Assembly: GCF_006345805.1 (NCBI RefSeq)
Contig: NC_042997.1
Location: forward strand, 92,318,001 to 92,382,000
Direction: 5' to 3'
Source: Octopus sinensis
Taxonomy: Eukaryota
Length of the DNA stretch: 64,000 nucleotides
Positions 11,113 to 24,304 of the stretch are shown piece after piece (position 1 is the first letter of the stretch; every line of letters starts with the position of its first letter). A program made the translations under genes and the position numbers. The notes under the pieces were generated by a model. The model worked only from the letters and a program-made list of their open reading frames with translations. It was not told the origin of the DNA and ran no database searches.

Positions 11113-11400
11113 ATGTACACACAACACACACATATACACATATACACACAACACACATCAATGCATATATACACACATATGCACATACATACACAAACAT
11201 ACATATATACATATGTATGTTCATAAATACATGACTACATTCATACAGGCATACATATATACATATATGCATACATACACACACACATACACACATACAC
11301 ACATGCATACATACATGCATACATACATACATACATACATACATACATACATACATACTTACATACATACATATATGCATGCATGCGCATGCATAATGTG
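11040..11400. repeat. Compound (AT)n/(AC)n/(ACAT)n microsatellite
   Basis: Directly visible. Confidence 0.95.
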
Positions 11401-11744
11401 TTGGTATATCTACCCGTCTGTTTATCTCTCTGTTTTCCATCTAGCTGTCTAAATGCTTACCTTCCTCTGCCACATCATCTAAGAATATAGTTAAACATTA
11501 AAATCTAAACTGACTACAAAACTCATATTGTCTGTTATACTATTTTGACATTTTTTGATATTTTTTAATATCTTATTATTTTGTTGATATTCAATTCTCA
11601 CATATGAGCCATATTTAACTGTCAAGACACCATTCCCACAATATAGCTGATGTTTGGTATATAACTTAACAGAAGGTTATCGCATAAACTTATGACAAAA
11701 GATTTTTATTTTAGATACAAAAGGCTTGGTTAAGAATGTGGTTA

Positions 11745-12170
11745 AGAATATCACTTTGTAATCAAGGGATTTCGAGTTCTGTTCCACTGAGTGGCATCTT
11801 GGGCAAGTGTCTTCTACTATAGCTTTGGGCTGATCAATTCCTTGAGAGTGGATTTGGTAGACAGATATTGTATGGAAATCTGTTATGTGTGTGTGTGTGT
11901 GCATGTGCATACGTGTGCATGTGTGCATGTGCCTGTGTGTGTGTGTGTGTGTGTGCACATGCATTTTTCTTTGTGTTTGTCATCCCACTACCACTTGATG
12001 ATTGATGTTGGTTTGTTAACATCCCTGTAACTTAGTGTTTCAATAATATAATCTGATAGAATAAATACCAGACTTAAACAAAAATAAGTCCTGGAGTTGA
12101 TTTGTTTGACTAAAACCCTTCAAGCTGGTGCTCCAATATGGCTGCTGTCCAATGACTGAGACAGATAAAA
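11745..12170 (+). mobile_element. SINE family B with internal (TG)n
   Basis: ttgggcaagtgtcttctactatagc core, gtggatttggtagac, 3' ggagttgatttgtttgactaaa part. Confidence 0.75.
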
Positions 12171-13712
12171 GATAAAAAAAAAATAAACAAAACACTTTAA
12201 AACAAGTAGTTTTGTATAAAATCTTAGAACCAGAGGCAATCTCAAGGTGGTTGGTATGAAAAGAGTTTCAAGCATGTATATAACCACCATACAACTAGAA
12301 ATCAATGATACAAGAAAGAATGACTATTGAGCCAGATTTTCGAGGGACTCCAGTAGCTAATGTTGTGCCACTCTGGAATAGAGTAAACAAAAATTTATAC
12401 TTATAACAAACTAATAGAAGTTTAATGAGTGAAATGTTCCTGTAAAAACATAAAAAGTTATATTAGCAAACAGATATATCAGTGCATTCCTGGCTAATCC
12501 ATTAACAACATTATTTAACTACATTTAATTTTATGGTTATTTTCAGTATGGTGTTAATTATCCACCTAAACATAGAATTAGGTTTTTTGTTTTCCTGAAA
12601 GTCATGTTGTCCCACAGTAAACATGACACTCGTCAACAAAATACAGATTGGTATATAAAACTTTGCAACAATTTAGAGTAATGAAATTTTGAGTGGCTAT
12701 CTGAATTCTGTAGTAAAAGGGTCAAGTTAATGATTATTGCCTGTTTTTAGATTTATCTAACTGTTAAGAAGAGGAAATAGCAAATTGAAAGGAATGCAGA
12801 TGTAGCAGTAATACATGATATGAAATTCTCTGTTACTATTTAATCTAAACCTGAACAATGCTTATTAAATCCCTAAACTTATAGTACAGCCAGTTGTTAC
12901 TTGTGAACAAGTATAACTTGATAACATGTACTGTGATTTTGCCAATTGCTTTAGGAGTTTATATAGACAAAAGAAGACATAGATACTCACTTGGTCCTCT
13001 TACTGTTGGCTCAGTAGAATATCAAGGATGCAACAGCTGAAAGAATATAGGACTGCACCAGCACTGAACAGGTACTCATTACAAATGAGTAAACTGGAGC
13101 AATTTGAAATGAAGTGCCTAACTCAAGGAAATGACATGTTGCTGCCTACTCCAAGGATTGATCCATGAACTTTTGATCAAGAGTCTAACACCCTAATCGT
13201 GGGACCTATATATTGGCTTCAAATTTAGGCACAAGGCCAACAATTTCAAGGGAGTGAGTAAGTCAATTACATTGATCTCAGTGGTCAACTGGTACTTATT
13301 TTAATAAAGCCCAAAGGGTGAAAGACAAAGTGAACCTCGGCAGAATTTGAACCCCGAACACAACTACAGATAAAATGCCACTAAGCGTTTTGCTCATCAT
13401 GCAAACAATTCTGCCAGCTCACTGCCCTACTGAGCCTATATATTGACAACAGAATCTATTTCAAACATTCAGTGTGACCTAAGTGTATACATGTTTTTTT
13501 TTCCTAGATAACATGTAGCTATTCTGATAGTTTCTTGTGGTTTGTATTTGTATCAGAAATTAATGCTTCAGTTATTTTCTCTTTCAAGATACTGCTTGAC
13601 CTAGATATAAAATTTAAACATTGAAAATTTAGCAAGTAAAATGCTATTTTACAAAATAGCATTTTACTTACTAAATTTTCAATGTTTTTATAAGTGCCTT
13701 GGGAAATATGTA

Positions 13713-13759
<47 letters not shown>

Positions 13760-15857
13760 GGTCAAGTATATTTCCTGATTTACCTCTTATTTAAGAATTT
13801 AGCATTTCTGGAACTCTACAATGATAGTGGTGATAGTGGTGGTGGTGGCTGGAGGTGACGCTGTTGCTCCTGCTGCTGCTTATGAAATAATTGCTGCATT
13901 CTTTGAGTATTTAAGTTTGATATGAGAACACAATTCATGTGTGCAAATTATAAGATCATGCTATTCCAGGTTTAGAAATTAATATATAAATTATTAAAAA
14001 GAGGGTTTGTACATTAATAAAGAAATCTTTTCAACAGATCTAACTCTGTTGTCAGCATTTTGGCCAGAACTTTGGTTTACTCCTGTCATGGACAACCAAC
14101 TTGTGGCCTGAGGGACTTTCTAAATAGTACACCTTATGAAAAAGTTACCTTGAAATTTTTTAGTAGTGCAGCATTCCTGATAATGAGTCATGTCTCATTT
14201 GGCTTGCTACCACAAAACAGGTGCCCATGCCTGGTTTACACCTTGTTGTAAAAATTGACTTACAAATATTCCAAGTGAGTAGCAATTGTATCAATCTCAC
14301 CAATCTGTGAGGATCTATGTAGGTTATAGGCATAATTGCTCTTTTTCTAGATAAGATTATACAGTGTAACAAAAATTTTTTTTCTTTTTTTCTTTTTTGT
14401 TGGTCAGTAAGTGTTATTTCCTATTTGTGTCTATTTATAAATCAAAGGAAATGACTATTATTCCCTTTGAACTTTGCTTTTCTGACCTGGAGATCAATGT
14501 TTTCAGACTGGCCTATTTTCCATTGCCTTTCAGATTCAGCACTGAGTTACTGAAGCAGAAATATCATTATAGCAAATATTCTGTTCACTACCATAGAGAT
14601 TTGCTTGTCAGTTGCTTGCCATTTGCTTGACCATAACCAGATGAGCATATCCCTTAGTTGCTGACAGTGTGTGTATTTCTGATGATGAGTAGAAGTAGTG
14701 GAGGAGTATCATAACCATGTGTTGAAAGGGATTCTTTGGGGTTTGAATAAATGGAGCAAAAGAAAAGTTCAAAGGAAATATTAGCCATTCTTTAAACTTT
14801 CTAGGGTTAAGCAGATAGGAAATAACAGTTGCTACTCAAGGACAAAGATCGTGTTACACAGTGTTATTTGAAGAAAAAGAATGAATCAAACAAGACATTT
14901 GATATCACAATAATTTCTTTAATTTGGGTTGTGCTGTCTTCTTTCTAGACTTTGAACTCATAGTGTCTGTGTTTGACAATAAATTTTCAGAATTTTGAGG
15001 GCAACAACCAGCAGATTATACATAAAAAGTATGTGAAGGTGATGAATGTTCATTAAAATTTTTGAAGTATATTCATGATAGAAAAAGTATTTTAATTTAG
15101 CTGCTTAATACTTTTAGCTAAACATATTCCGTAGTCCTGTTTCTCTTTTCTGCCTCAAATTAGTGCTTATCATCTCTATTATCATTTTATACGAAAAGTC
15201 TTAGTAGTTAATTCATACAGAATTTTGCATATGGGGTTATTTCTCATTCTAAACATCAGATTGAAGTGAGGTACCTTGCTATGCTGGACTTCAGCATATA
15301 TAAGTTATTATATTTATGTAAGGAATTGAACCAACCCTGCTATCCTAAGTAACTGACCAACTATGAGAAAGAGAGAGAGAGAGAAAGAGAGGGTGGGGTA
15401 GGATTGACATACACTCTATTATGAAACAGTAACATAGTTGTCAAGAAAAATATTCTATTTTGATAATTTTTGTTTATATGAATGATATGACAACTTGGTA
15501 TGTCATAGATAATAAATTGAACTACTGCTCAAAGGTTTTCGGTCCATTCTTATTCTTTTGATATTTATTATGATGTTTTACATTTGTTTGTTAATGATAA
15601 GGATGACTTACTGAGGCAATTGCTATCAATGTTATTCATCAAACCTGATTGATGAGACATATATATATATGATTAAAGGTATTCTAGTCATGATCATACT
15701 GTCTGGCTTTTTAGGTTATCTAGGAGTACTTGATCTAATGGGTCCTTATCATTTCTGAGATATATTTAAAGTAATTTGTATTAGAAATATTTAAAATGAT
15801 ACATATTAAAACTGGAAAAAATACTTATTTGTTCAACCTCCATTTTAAAATTAATGA

Positions 15858-15907
<50 letters not shown>

Positions 15908-16211
15908 CCCTTCGGTTACGGTTACCCTCCGAGGCACAAGTCCGGGGAAGGTTGTTTATAGAAAACCAGCAGTCGCCCATGCATACTAGCCTCCACTCTC
16001 CACGCCACTGATGTTATCCAAGGGAAAGGCAAAGGCTGATACAGCTTGGCACCAGTGACATCACAACTCATTTCTACAGCTGAGTAAACTGGAGTAAACG
16101 TGAAATAAAGTGTCATGCTCAAGAACACAACATGCAGCCCCGTCTGGGATTCAAACTCACAACCTCATGGTTGTTAGCTTGATGCTCTAACCATTGAGCC
16201 ATGTGCCTTCA
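15908..16211 (-). mobile_element. SINE family C inserted in (TA)n
   Basis: High similarity to 5020-5356; flanked on both sides by TA repeats. Confidence 0.8.
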
Positions 16212-17189
16212 CATATATATATGTGTATATATGTATATATATATATATATATTAATAAATAAAACATATGCATATATATAAACATATATGTACGTACCTA
16301 CCTCTACATGTATATATACACGCATATATGAGTACAGGACACAAAAAAAAACGTCGAACACAATGAGAAATGAAAACATAGACACAAACCCAAAGAACTG
16401 GACATTTTTTTAAACAACAAAAAAATAGAGTACAGGACAATTAACACAAAGAAAAAACTCCTTCTTCAGTCGCCATGGTTTCATCTACTCTACGTTTCGA
16501 AGGTGAAGGCGAGACGTATCTTCGAACAAGAAACTTTCCTTCCTGCGAAAAGCAAATCAATTAAAATTTGAGATCTTTTTGCAGAGGGGTAAAAATAGTA
16601 AAAAAAAAAGGACAGTAACGACAGTACAAAATATAAGCAGTAAAAGACAGGACAAGGAAAAACAAGATAAGAAGGGCTGTTAACGCCGAACGAAAAAAAG
16701 TATTACGAATGCTGATTTCTGTGAATAGCGAACGGAGCAAAGAGGATTGCCATCCACACCTCGAGAAGGTCAAGCCAGAAAAGATATATATATATATATA
16801 TATATGTATATACACACATATATTTGCCAACATCCTTAATTAAACCAAACAACACATGGTCTTAATCCCATCGGATCCTAATACCTCAAGGTAACTTTTT
16901 CGTGAACAATCATTAAACTCAAGATACACAACGAACTCACAATGTATCGGAGTACTTATTTTTTAATTTTTGTACATATTTATTATTATTCTTTTGCAAA
17001 AAACAAAATACAACTTTCTTTTTTCCCCTTTCTCATTTTAAAAAAAACTTTTGTTACATAACTATTCTTGATAAGTCACACTATAACGAAAACCGATTTG
17101 AATAAATATATATTTATATATTTTTTCAATTTCTCATTTCATTAAAATTTTCTTTCAATCTAGCATTCTGCATTTTTACAATTTTTCCT

Positions 17190-17202
17190 TGCTTATATAT
17201 AC

Positions 17203-17233
<31 letters not shown>

Positions 17234-17242
17234 CATACATAC

Positions 17243-17331
<89 letters not shown>

Positions 17332-17400
17332 TACACATATATATACACATATATGTGTGTGTGTGTGTGTATGTATGTATATATATATATATATATATAT
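17190..17400. repeat. Long (AT)n/(ATAC)n/(TG)n microsatellite
   Basis: Directly visible. Confidence 0.95.
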
Positions 17401-17502
17401 TAAAAATAGTAAATCCTATATCTAAAACATTAAATGGTAATACAAGGTCTCAAAACAATAGAATACATTTGTGAAATAATATATATTAATGCGTGTATAC
17501 AT

Positions 17503-17533
<31 letters not shown>

Positions 17534-18689
17534 AATATATGTATGTGTAAAGTGAAGTCTAGTCAAAATTCGAATCCTAATCTCTTGGATCATTGACAAT
17601 GAATCTTGGCACTTTAACCAATTTGTGTTAATCAAAAATGCTTTTGTTGATATGGAATCAAGTAATTAGAACTGTTCATTTGAGTTTTCTTGATTATAGT
17701 CCTAAACCTATTCTTCTGACTTTTTGCTATAAAAAAATAGACAACATAAGTAATTTTGGCTTGCACTTAGTATTTGAAGGGAAACACATCAGCCAATACA
17801 TTATATTGCTTCTTAACTCATAGATTACTGGTAGCAGCCAATTACCAACATTTTTACTAAGAACACAACTATATCAAATACCAATATCATTGTCAACACA
17901 ACTATGCTATGTTAACACTCACACACATCTTTACTTCTTGTGAAAACTATCACAAACTCGTCAAATACTAATATACAAGCACACATATTGCTAACACTTC
18001 AACCAAAAATGCTTTCATCACTCACTCACTCAGGCCTTCTGTACTTCCTGAAGAATACAGTCATGGATGATCTCCTCAATCCATCCCTGTGCTGGGCCTT
18101 TATCTTTAAATGGTGTCAGTTCTATCTGGATCCCATTTCATTCTGCAGGTTATGTCAGCAGGAGTATTTTGGTCTTCTTATCTTCCTTTTATCCTGATGA
18201 TTCCATCTGAAGTCTGTTTGACAATAACCTGTTGAGAAATCCTGAAGGTGTGTCCATTCAGAAAGATACTTCCTAAGAATTGTGTGTAGACACACACCTT
18301 TGAATCTCTAATCAGAAGTGCTACTTTGCTCTCACAAGGCTCTGTTGGTGATTTTTTTGCCCAATGGATTCTGTGTATACTCATGAAGCAGTGGTTAATG
18401 AAGGTCTGTAACTTCATTAAGGTGGCTTTTGTATACTTCCATGTCTTGTCTCATGTACTATATCCACCACTCAAATTACACCCATGTCAGAATATTTCTC
18501 ACAGACATAGGCCAGTGTTGCTGTGATGCATTTAAAAAATTATTGATCCCATTCCAAAATAGAACAATTAGCTAATTGGTAACACCTTACTCTAATGATT
18601 AGTAAGTAAAATTCCAAACTGGTGACAGGAGTGGGTGGTTGTCCTCTCAACCAATACACTTCGGTGGTGCCATTGGATGATGAACTCAG

Positions 18690-18960
18690 GTGATTTCTGA
18701 TCCATGATTTCTAATCCACGATGCTGGCCTTAGTAGACCTGAGGTTGAGATACTGCAACTTCAGGTCTTCCTCAATTTGTTTTGCTTGTGTCTTCTTTGG
18801 TGCACTGCATGATTCTTCTGTGTGTGGGTCACTGCCACCACAAAAGTTGTTGTGGTAGTCTTATGGTGTTCATTCTGTAAATGACCAGACCACTGTAGCC
18901 TGTACTGGACTTGGTCTTCAATGGTTGGCTGCTGCTGGCATTGATCTTGGATGAGAACAA
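18690..18960 (-). mobile_element. RTE-clade LINE 3' remnant
   Basis: - strand peptides LQWSGHL, RLPQQLL and APKKT..QIEEDLK resemble the RTE C-terminal LRWAGHV / RLPKQLL / RPKK.W.D.I.EDL motifs. Confidence 0.6.
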
Positions 18961-19846
18961 GGCCAGTAATTTTGGAGAGACAAAAATAGTTGACCCCAGT
19001 GTTCAACAGGAATTATTTTATTGACCCCAAAAAGGATGAATGTAACAGTCAATTTCATCAGCTTTTAAACTCAGAATATAAAGAGCTGGAAGAAATGCTG
19101 TTAAGCATTTTATCCAGGAAGGTGTAAGCAACCGTATGATGTGAGGTGATAAGAATGAGTCTCAGGTACATCACATAATCGACACAATAAAAAGAAAGTG
19201 ATAATACATACATGTGCCGGAGAGAAAATGGGAGACACAACCAAGTAGGTTTAAGAGAAGATTTATCGATATGTTATCATGTGTGTCTGTGTATGCGTCA
19301 TGTATACAGAATAATAGACAGGCCATCAAGAGAACAAAGTGTATGTGTGTATAGGCATAGATGTATGCGTGTGCGTTAAATACATATAAGAACAGCAATG
19401 AAGGAGATAGTGAAAGAGTCTATAATGAGAAGTTAGAAGAATGTTCATAGACACAAGAAATGAGAGTACCAGTTCGTAATCAATTGTACACGGTAGTTGG
19501 AATACTCTATCAAGAAGTTATGGCCAAGATGCGGAGCCGGTTGCGGTACATGTCGTACGAAGTTGTGGCTATAATGCTGCTGCCTGTGTTACTTGGTACA
19601 GGAGTTCTCACAGGTTGTGTATTTGCTGTTGATCTATGGTGAGTTGCTTGTTGAGTTGTGTACGTAGAGATGATGTTGACGACGTTAAGAAGATGATGGT
19701 AGCGACGAAGACGGAGGTTGCCATAATGTTGTTGGATGGGTGTTGTCGTCTGGCATTGTCGCTGGAACTGGCTGTATCTTGTGTGGTCGGTGGCTAGACC
19801 TTAAAAGGTCTAAAACCAAAGACCCCGAGACGAGGAGTAGCTGTGT

Positions 19847-20066
19847 TTTTATAAGGAGCTGTAGGTTCAAAACTGGGTTGAGAACAGGCTGTCTCACGTG
19901 ATCTTATTTAGAGCTTCGATTGGTCATACGCTGCAGATTGGCGCGACAGAATAAGAGACAAATTGCGCCAATACCAACCAATCAGAGTAGTGGACACAGC
20001 GGGGTACAAATAGCGGCCAAAGACTAGCTGTTATCTGCTACGTTCGAATGCACGTATATATAATAA
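19847..20066. promoter_or_regulatory. Putative bidirectional Pol II promoter
   Basis: TATAAAA on - (19847-19853), TCACGTGA E-box (19894-19901), ATTGG at 19919 and 19937, CCAAT at 19968 and 19978, TATATATAA on + (about 20055-20063), locally CpG-rich. Confidence 0.5.
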
Positions 20067-20503
20067 AGGGGAGTGAAGAATTTCACTCGAGTGTACGCTA
20101 CAAAGGCAACAATTCTGCCAACTTGCTGCCTTCCTCTAAGGACTGATAACAATAATACAATGAAAAAATGCAAACAACCTTTTAAGATCCTTGGGAGTTA
20201 AAAACAAATAAATTGAATAGTATTTCAAAAGAATATGTGCATTTAGAAATGGTAGTTTCAGGCCAGGGCAAGATCGGGCACCCAGATACCTTGCTCAGGT
20301 TTGCAAAATTTGATTTTAATGTAATCCTGTTTATGACCTTTAGTCTGTGGTTGTGAATTATGGAAAAAAATATTGCTTTTTAATCAAGTGATCTCGACCT
20401 TAATCTTGCTACAACACTCCTTGATTTGATGAATTAATTTCTTTGACCTACGTCTATCAGAGACAGCATTCATTTATCACAGCAAGGTAGTTTCTACCTG
20501 GAC

Positions 20504-20600
20504 GTATGTATGTATGTATGTATGTATGTATGTATGTATGTATGTATGTATGTATGTATGTATGTATGTATGTATGTATTTTATGTATGTATGTATGTAT
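20504..20600. repeat. (GTAT)n tetranucleotide microsatellite
   Basis: Directly visible. Confidence 0.95.
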
Positions 20601-20810
20601 GATTTATGTATGTATTTTATGTATACATGAACACCCACTAATATTCACACAGGTCAATATTCAAGCACAAACTATTTATATACGTGCATGCATGCATATT
20701 TAGATGGCTTCATAACCATGATACCAATACTATCTAAATATGACTTTCTTCAGAAGGCTGTAATATCATTTGACAGGAACATGGTATAAAGAATATACAT
20801 GAAACAAGGC

Positions 20811-21108
20811 TGTAACTTTAAATGTCTTTAATGCCGGCCACACGTATATATATATATATACATATATATACAAGCTGAATGACAAATGGAAATGGTTGAT
20901 GCATGGAGGCTATGATCTTTTTCTGTGCATTGCTTCCTGTCTGCTAGCTGGCGCGTAGTGTCAGAGAGCCGACTAGGTCACGTCTTTACGGTCTGATGTC
21001 TTGGCGAGAAAAGCGAAAGTCGTAGGGCTTTGTGTCAGAATCTCACACTCTAGCGCAATCTAGCGAGCTTGTTTAGACCCGCTGTCAAGAGAAGCAACTG
21101 CACCTACA
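20811..21108 (-). repeat. 3' LTR of the Gypsy element (298 bp) with polypurine tract at about 21109-21120
   Basis: On the - strand aaggaggggctc precedes TGTAG; the LTR ends ATTAAA...GTTACA, giving TGTA...TACA termini. Confidence 0.8.
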
Positions 21109-23505
21109 GAGCCCCTCCTTAGATAGGAAGCGGTCGATTCAGAGTAGTGTAGGCGGAGTAGGTGTGCACTATGAGGGCACAGAAAAAAAGAACCATGGCA
21201 AAACAGTTAAAAAAAATATAATGCAAGTATGTACAAGGAGAATGTTTAGCAAAGAAAGGTGTCCAATCAAATAGAACAAAGCATATAAGTACAATGATGC
21301 AGAAAGAGAGAAAATATGAATGCGGTGTCTATAACAACATAAGTCTATTCTCCGGAACAGACACTGGCGAGGCAAAGTTAAGAAATGTAAACAAGCTGAG
21401 ACAATTTCTTCGACCAATGAACCAATTTACCAGAATGTGTCCTGTAAGATGAAGAATGTGTTTGTGTAGTTGGTGTTTTGGTGAGTGGAGGTGGTGCTTG
21501 TGGGGGTGGGGTGGCAGTGTTTGTGGAATGATGGGTATGTCAGCAAGTGACAAAAATGTTTCGGAAAAGGTTTTTTTAAACTCTGTCGACAGAGACAGTC
21601 TCTTCTTTTCTGTGAATGTCCACAGGGAACAGTTTTAGTATGCTTCTATAAACGCGATAGGGTCCAGTGTAGGGAGGTGTGAGCGGCTCCTTGACGGCAT
21701 CGTTTCTTACAAACACGTGAGTCCAGGTAGAAATATCCGGAGGTACTGCAGAAGAAATAGATTGGTCACAAGGAAGCATCGGCGGTAGGTCAGCAAAGAA
21801 TAACTTGAGTCATGTGACGTAAGATCTGGGGTCCGCATTCGATAAGTCGACGGGCGCCAACAATTTTCCAGGAAGTGCTAAGGTGGTGCCATACAAGAAC
21901 ACAGCGGAGGAGTATCCTAAATCCTCCTTGACAGCTGAGAGTCACCTTAACAGAACAATGAGGAGAAACTCGGACCAACGATGAGGGTCAGGAGCCGTGC
22001 AAATAGCGGCTTTGAGCTGTCGGCAGAGTTTTTCCATCATACCGTTCGCGGTGGGATGGTAACTTGTGGTGTGGATGTACTGAACTCCGAGCAATCTCGA
22101 AAGCTCACGGAACAGACAAACTTCAAATTGGCGTCCACGATTAGTAGTAATTCTTGAGAGTACTCCGAAGCGAGATATCCACCCAGAGATGAGTGCTCTA
22201 GCGACTGTTTCCATGGAAATGCCCACGAGAGGAATGGCTTCAGGCCATCTGGAGAAACGGTCGATGCAGGTCAATATTTAAATAAATGCGCAACTGATCG
22301 GCCAAGGACCAACCAGGTCGCTGTGAATGTGACGGAATCTGTAGCTGGAAGTGCCCAAGAGGTGCTCTCTCGTGACGATGCACCTTGGAACGCTGACATG
22401 GTAGACAGGTACGTGACTAAGTAGTAATAGACCGACGCATATTCGACCAGAAAAAGCAGGCCGAGTTAAGCTCTAATGTGGCTGCAATGCCGTTGTGTAA
22501 CAGTGAATACAGTGCTTCAGAAACAGCACAACGGTGACATTCAGGAACGAGGGGGTAGGGGTGACCCGGTAGAAACATCGCAGAGAATAGTTCCTTCAGA
22601 AAAAGGCAGAGGCAGATGTTCAAACTTGCAGCAGGAAAACTGTGATGAAGAAACATCTAGAGAGTCCAAGGAGGGTTGGTCAGTAGCCATAGAAACCAAA
22701 TCAATCGAAGCAGGAGACGACAATGCACCGATAGGCAGGCGAGATAAGGCGTTGGCGGGGATGTTGTCAGTGCCAGCGATGTGGCGAATGTCACTAGTGA
22801 ACTGTAATATGTAGTCTAAATGCCTTGTTTCTCTGGGCAAGTACCGGTCCGTTTTGGCAAAGAGAGCGAACGTTAGCGGTTTGTGGTCGGTGAAAATCGT
22901 GAAATCTCTACCTTCAAGAAGATAAGAGAAATGCTTCACCGCCAGGTAAATTGCCAAAAGTTCTTTACCAAACTCGCTGTATCCCAATTCAGCATTTTTC
23001 AGCTAGCGAGAGAAGGCTAATGGCTGACTTCGGCCGTTGACAGATTGCTCTAAAACTGTGACAGTGAGTGTCAATTTTGCGTTCGTAATAGGATGAGCGA
23101 TGAAGGATACTTGAACAAGGTCAGATTTGACAGATTCAAAAGCTTGGATAGCTGTAGTAGACAGTGTTATCTGGGTCTCTTTTTTTAAGGGAAGCAACTT
23201 CTCTGCAGTTAGGAATGAAACAACGATAATAAACCAATAACATTTCTGAGCTGTTTTAAGGAAACAGGAAGAGACAAACGTTTGATGGCTTCCACTTATA
23301 CCGTCGGCGTCAATGAGATGCTCCAAGAATTCCAAACTGGTAGAACCGAATACACACTTAGCCAGGCTGCTCTTCACATCATAGGAACGCAGGCGCTTGA
23401 ACAGTTGGGTTAAATGTTCGAGGTACTGGTCTGGAGTACTACTGGCGATTAGAAGGTCATCGACGTATGCAAAGACAAAATCTAACCCACGAACGAGCTC
23501 ATCTT
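20811..23505 (-). mobile_element. Ty3/Gypsy LTR retrotransposon, 5'-truncated pol pseudogene plus 3' LTR
   Basis: RT FAYVDDLLIAS; RNase H ELLAIYLAVKHF..LLEGRDFTIFTDHKPL; integrase IDRFSRWPEAIP, TTNRGRQF, YHPTANG..E; PYTGPY motif. Domain order RT-RH-IN, with frameshifts and stops. Confidence 0.95.
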
Positions 23506-24097
23506 TATATATGTAAAGAAGTATGTGTATGTAAATATGTGTGCATTTATGCATCTTTGTTGTGTGTGTGTATGTGTGTGTGTGTGTATGTGTGTGTGTG
23601 TGTATTTTCAGGGTATATAGTAATTGATTGAGTAGAAACTAGAAGATAGCAAAGAGAAAAAAAGAAACGATCTTCAGGAAGACGCTATATAGCGTCTATC
23701 GTAAAGAAACAGGTCACCAAACAAAATCTCACTCTCGATTATGAAGTGGATTCAGAACCAGCTGAAAACCAAGGTGAATCACCCACTGTCTGTGTCACTC
23801 ATTACATCCACTATGGAAACTGCCAACAAGTCTCTTGCATTATAGGGCTGACGGTTAATGTTCCTCTTTCCCAACATTACAGACATAACAATCTATGGAG
23901 GTCAAATCCTGCGAACTGGGAGTCATATGATCTAAAAAATTCTCAGTCAAGCTTAGATTGCGGGGATGACATGGAAAGAACAGATTGCTTATTTATTTAT
24001 GGTTAGCTTACTATTAAACTGTTAAGTGATTTTTGAATTTGATTTATTTTATATAAAAACACCTGCTATTGTTTTTTTTTATATATTCTTTTATTCT

Positions 24098-24270
24098 TTT
24101 TGTTTGTTTCAGTCATGTGATTGCGGCCATGCTGGAGCACCGCCTTTAGTCGAAACGAATCGATCCCAGAACTTATTCTTTAGTAGCCTTATTCTATCGG
24201 TTGTCAAGCGATGTTGGGGGGGGGGGACAAACAGAGACATACAAATATACATATATATATATAGCCCGTC

Positions 24271-24304
<34 letters not shown>

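Noticed and set aside
11108-11452. ORFs of 109-114 aa on both strands
   Set aside because: Pure (AC)/(ACAT) repeat translations; the same applies to 17126-17425, 20506-20703 and 55306-55622
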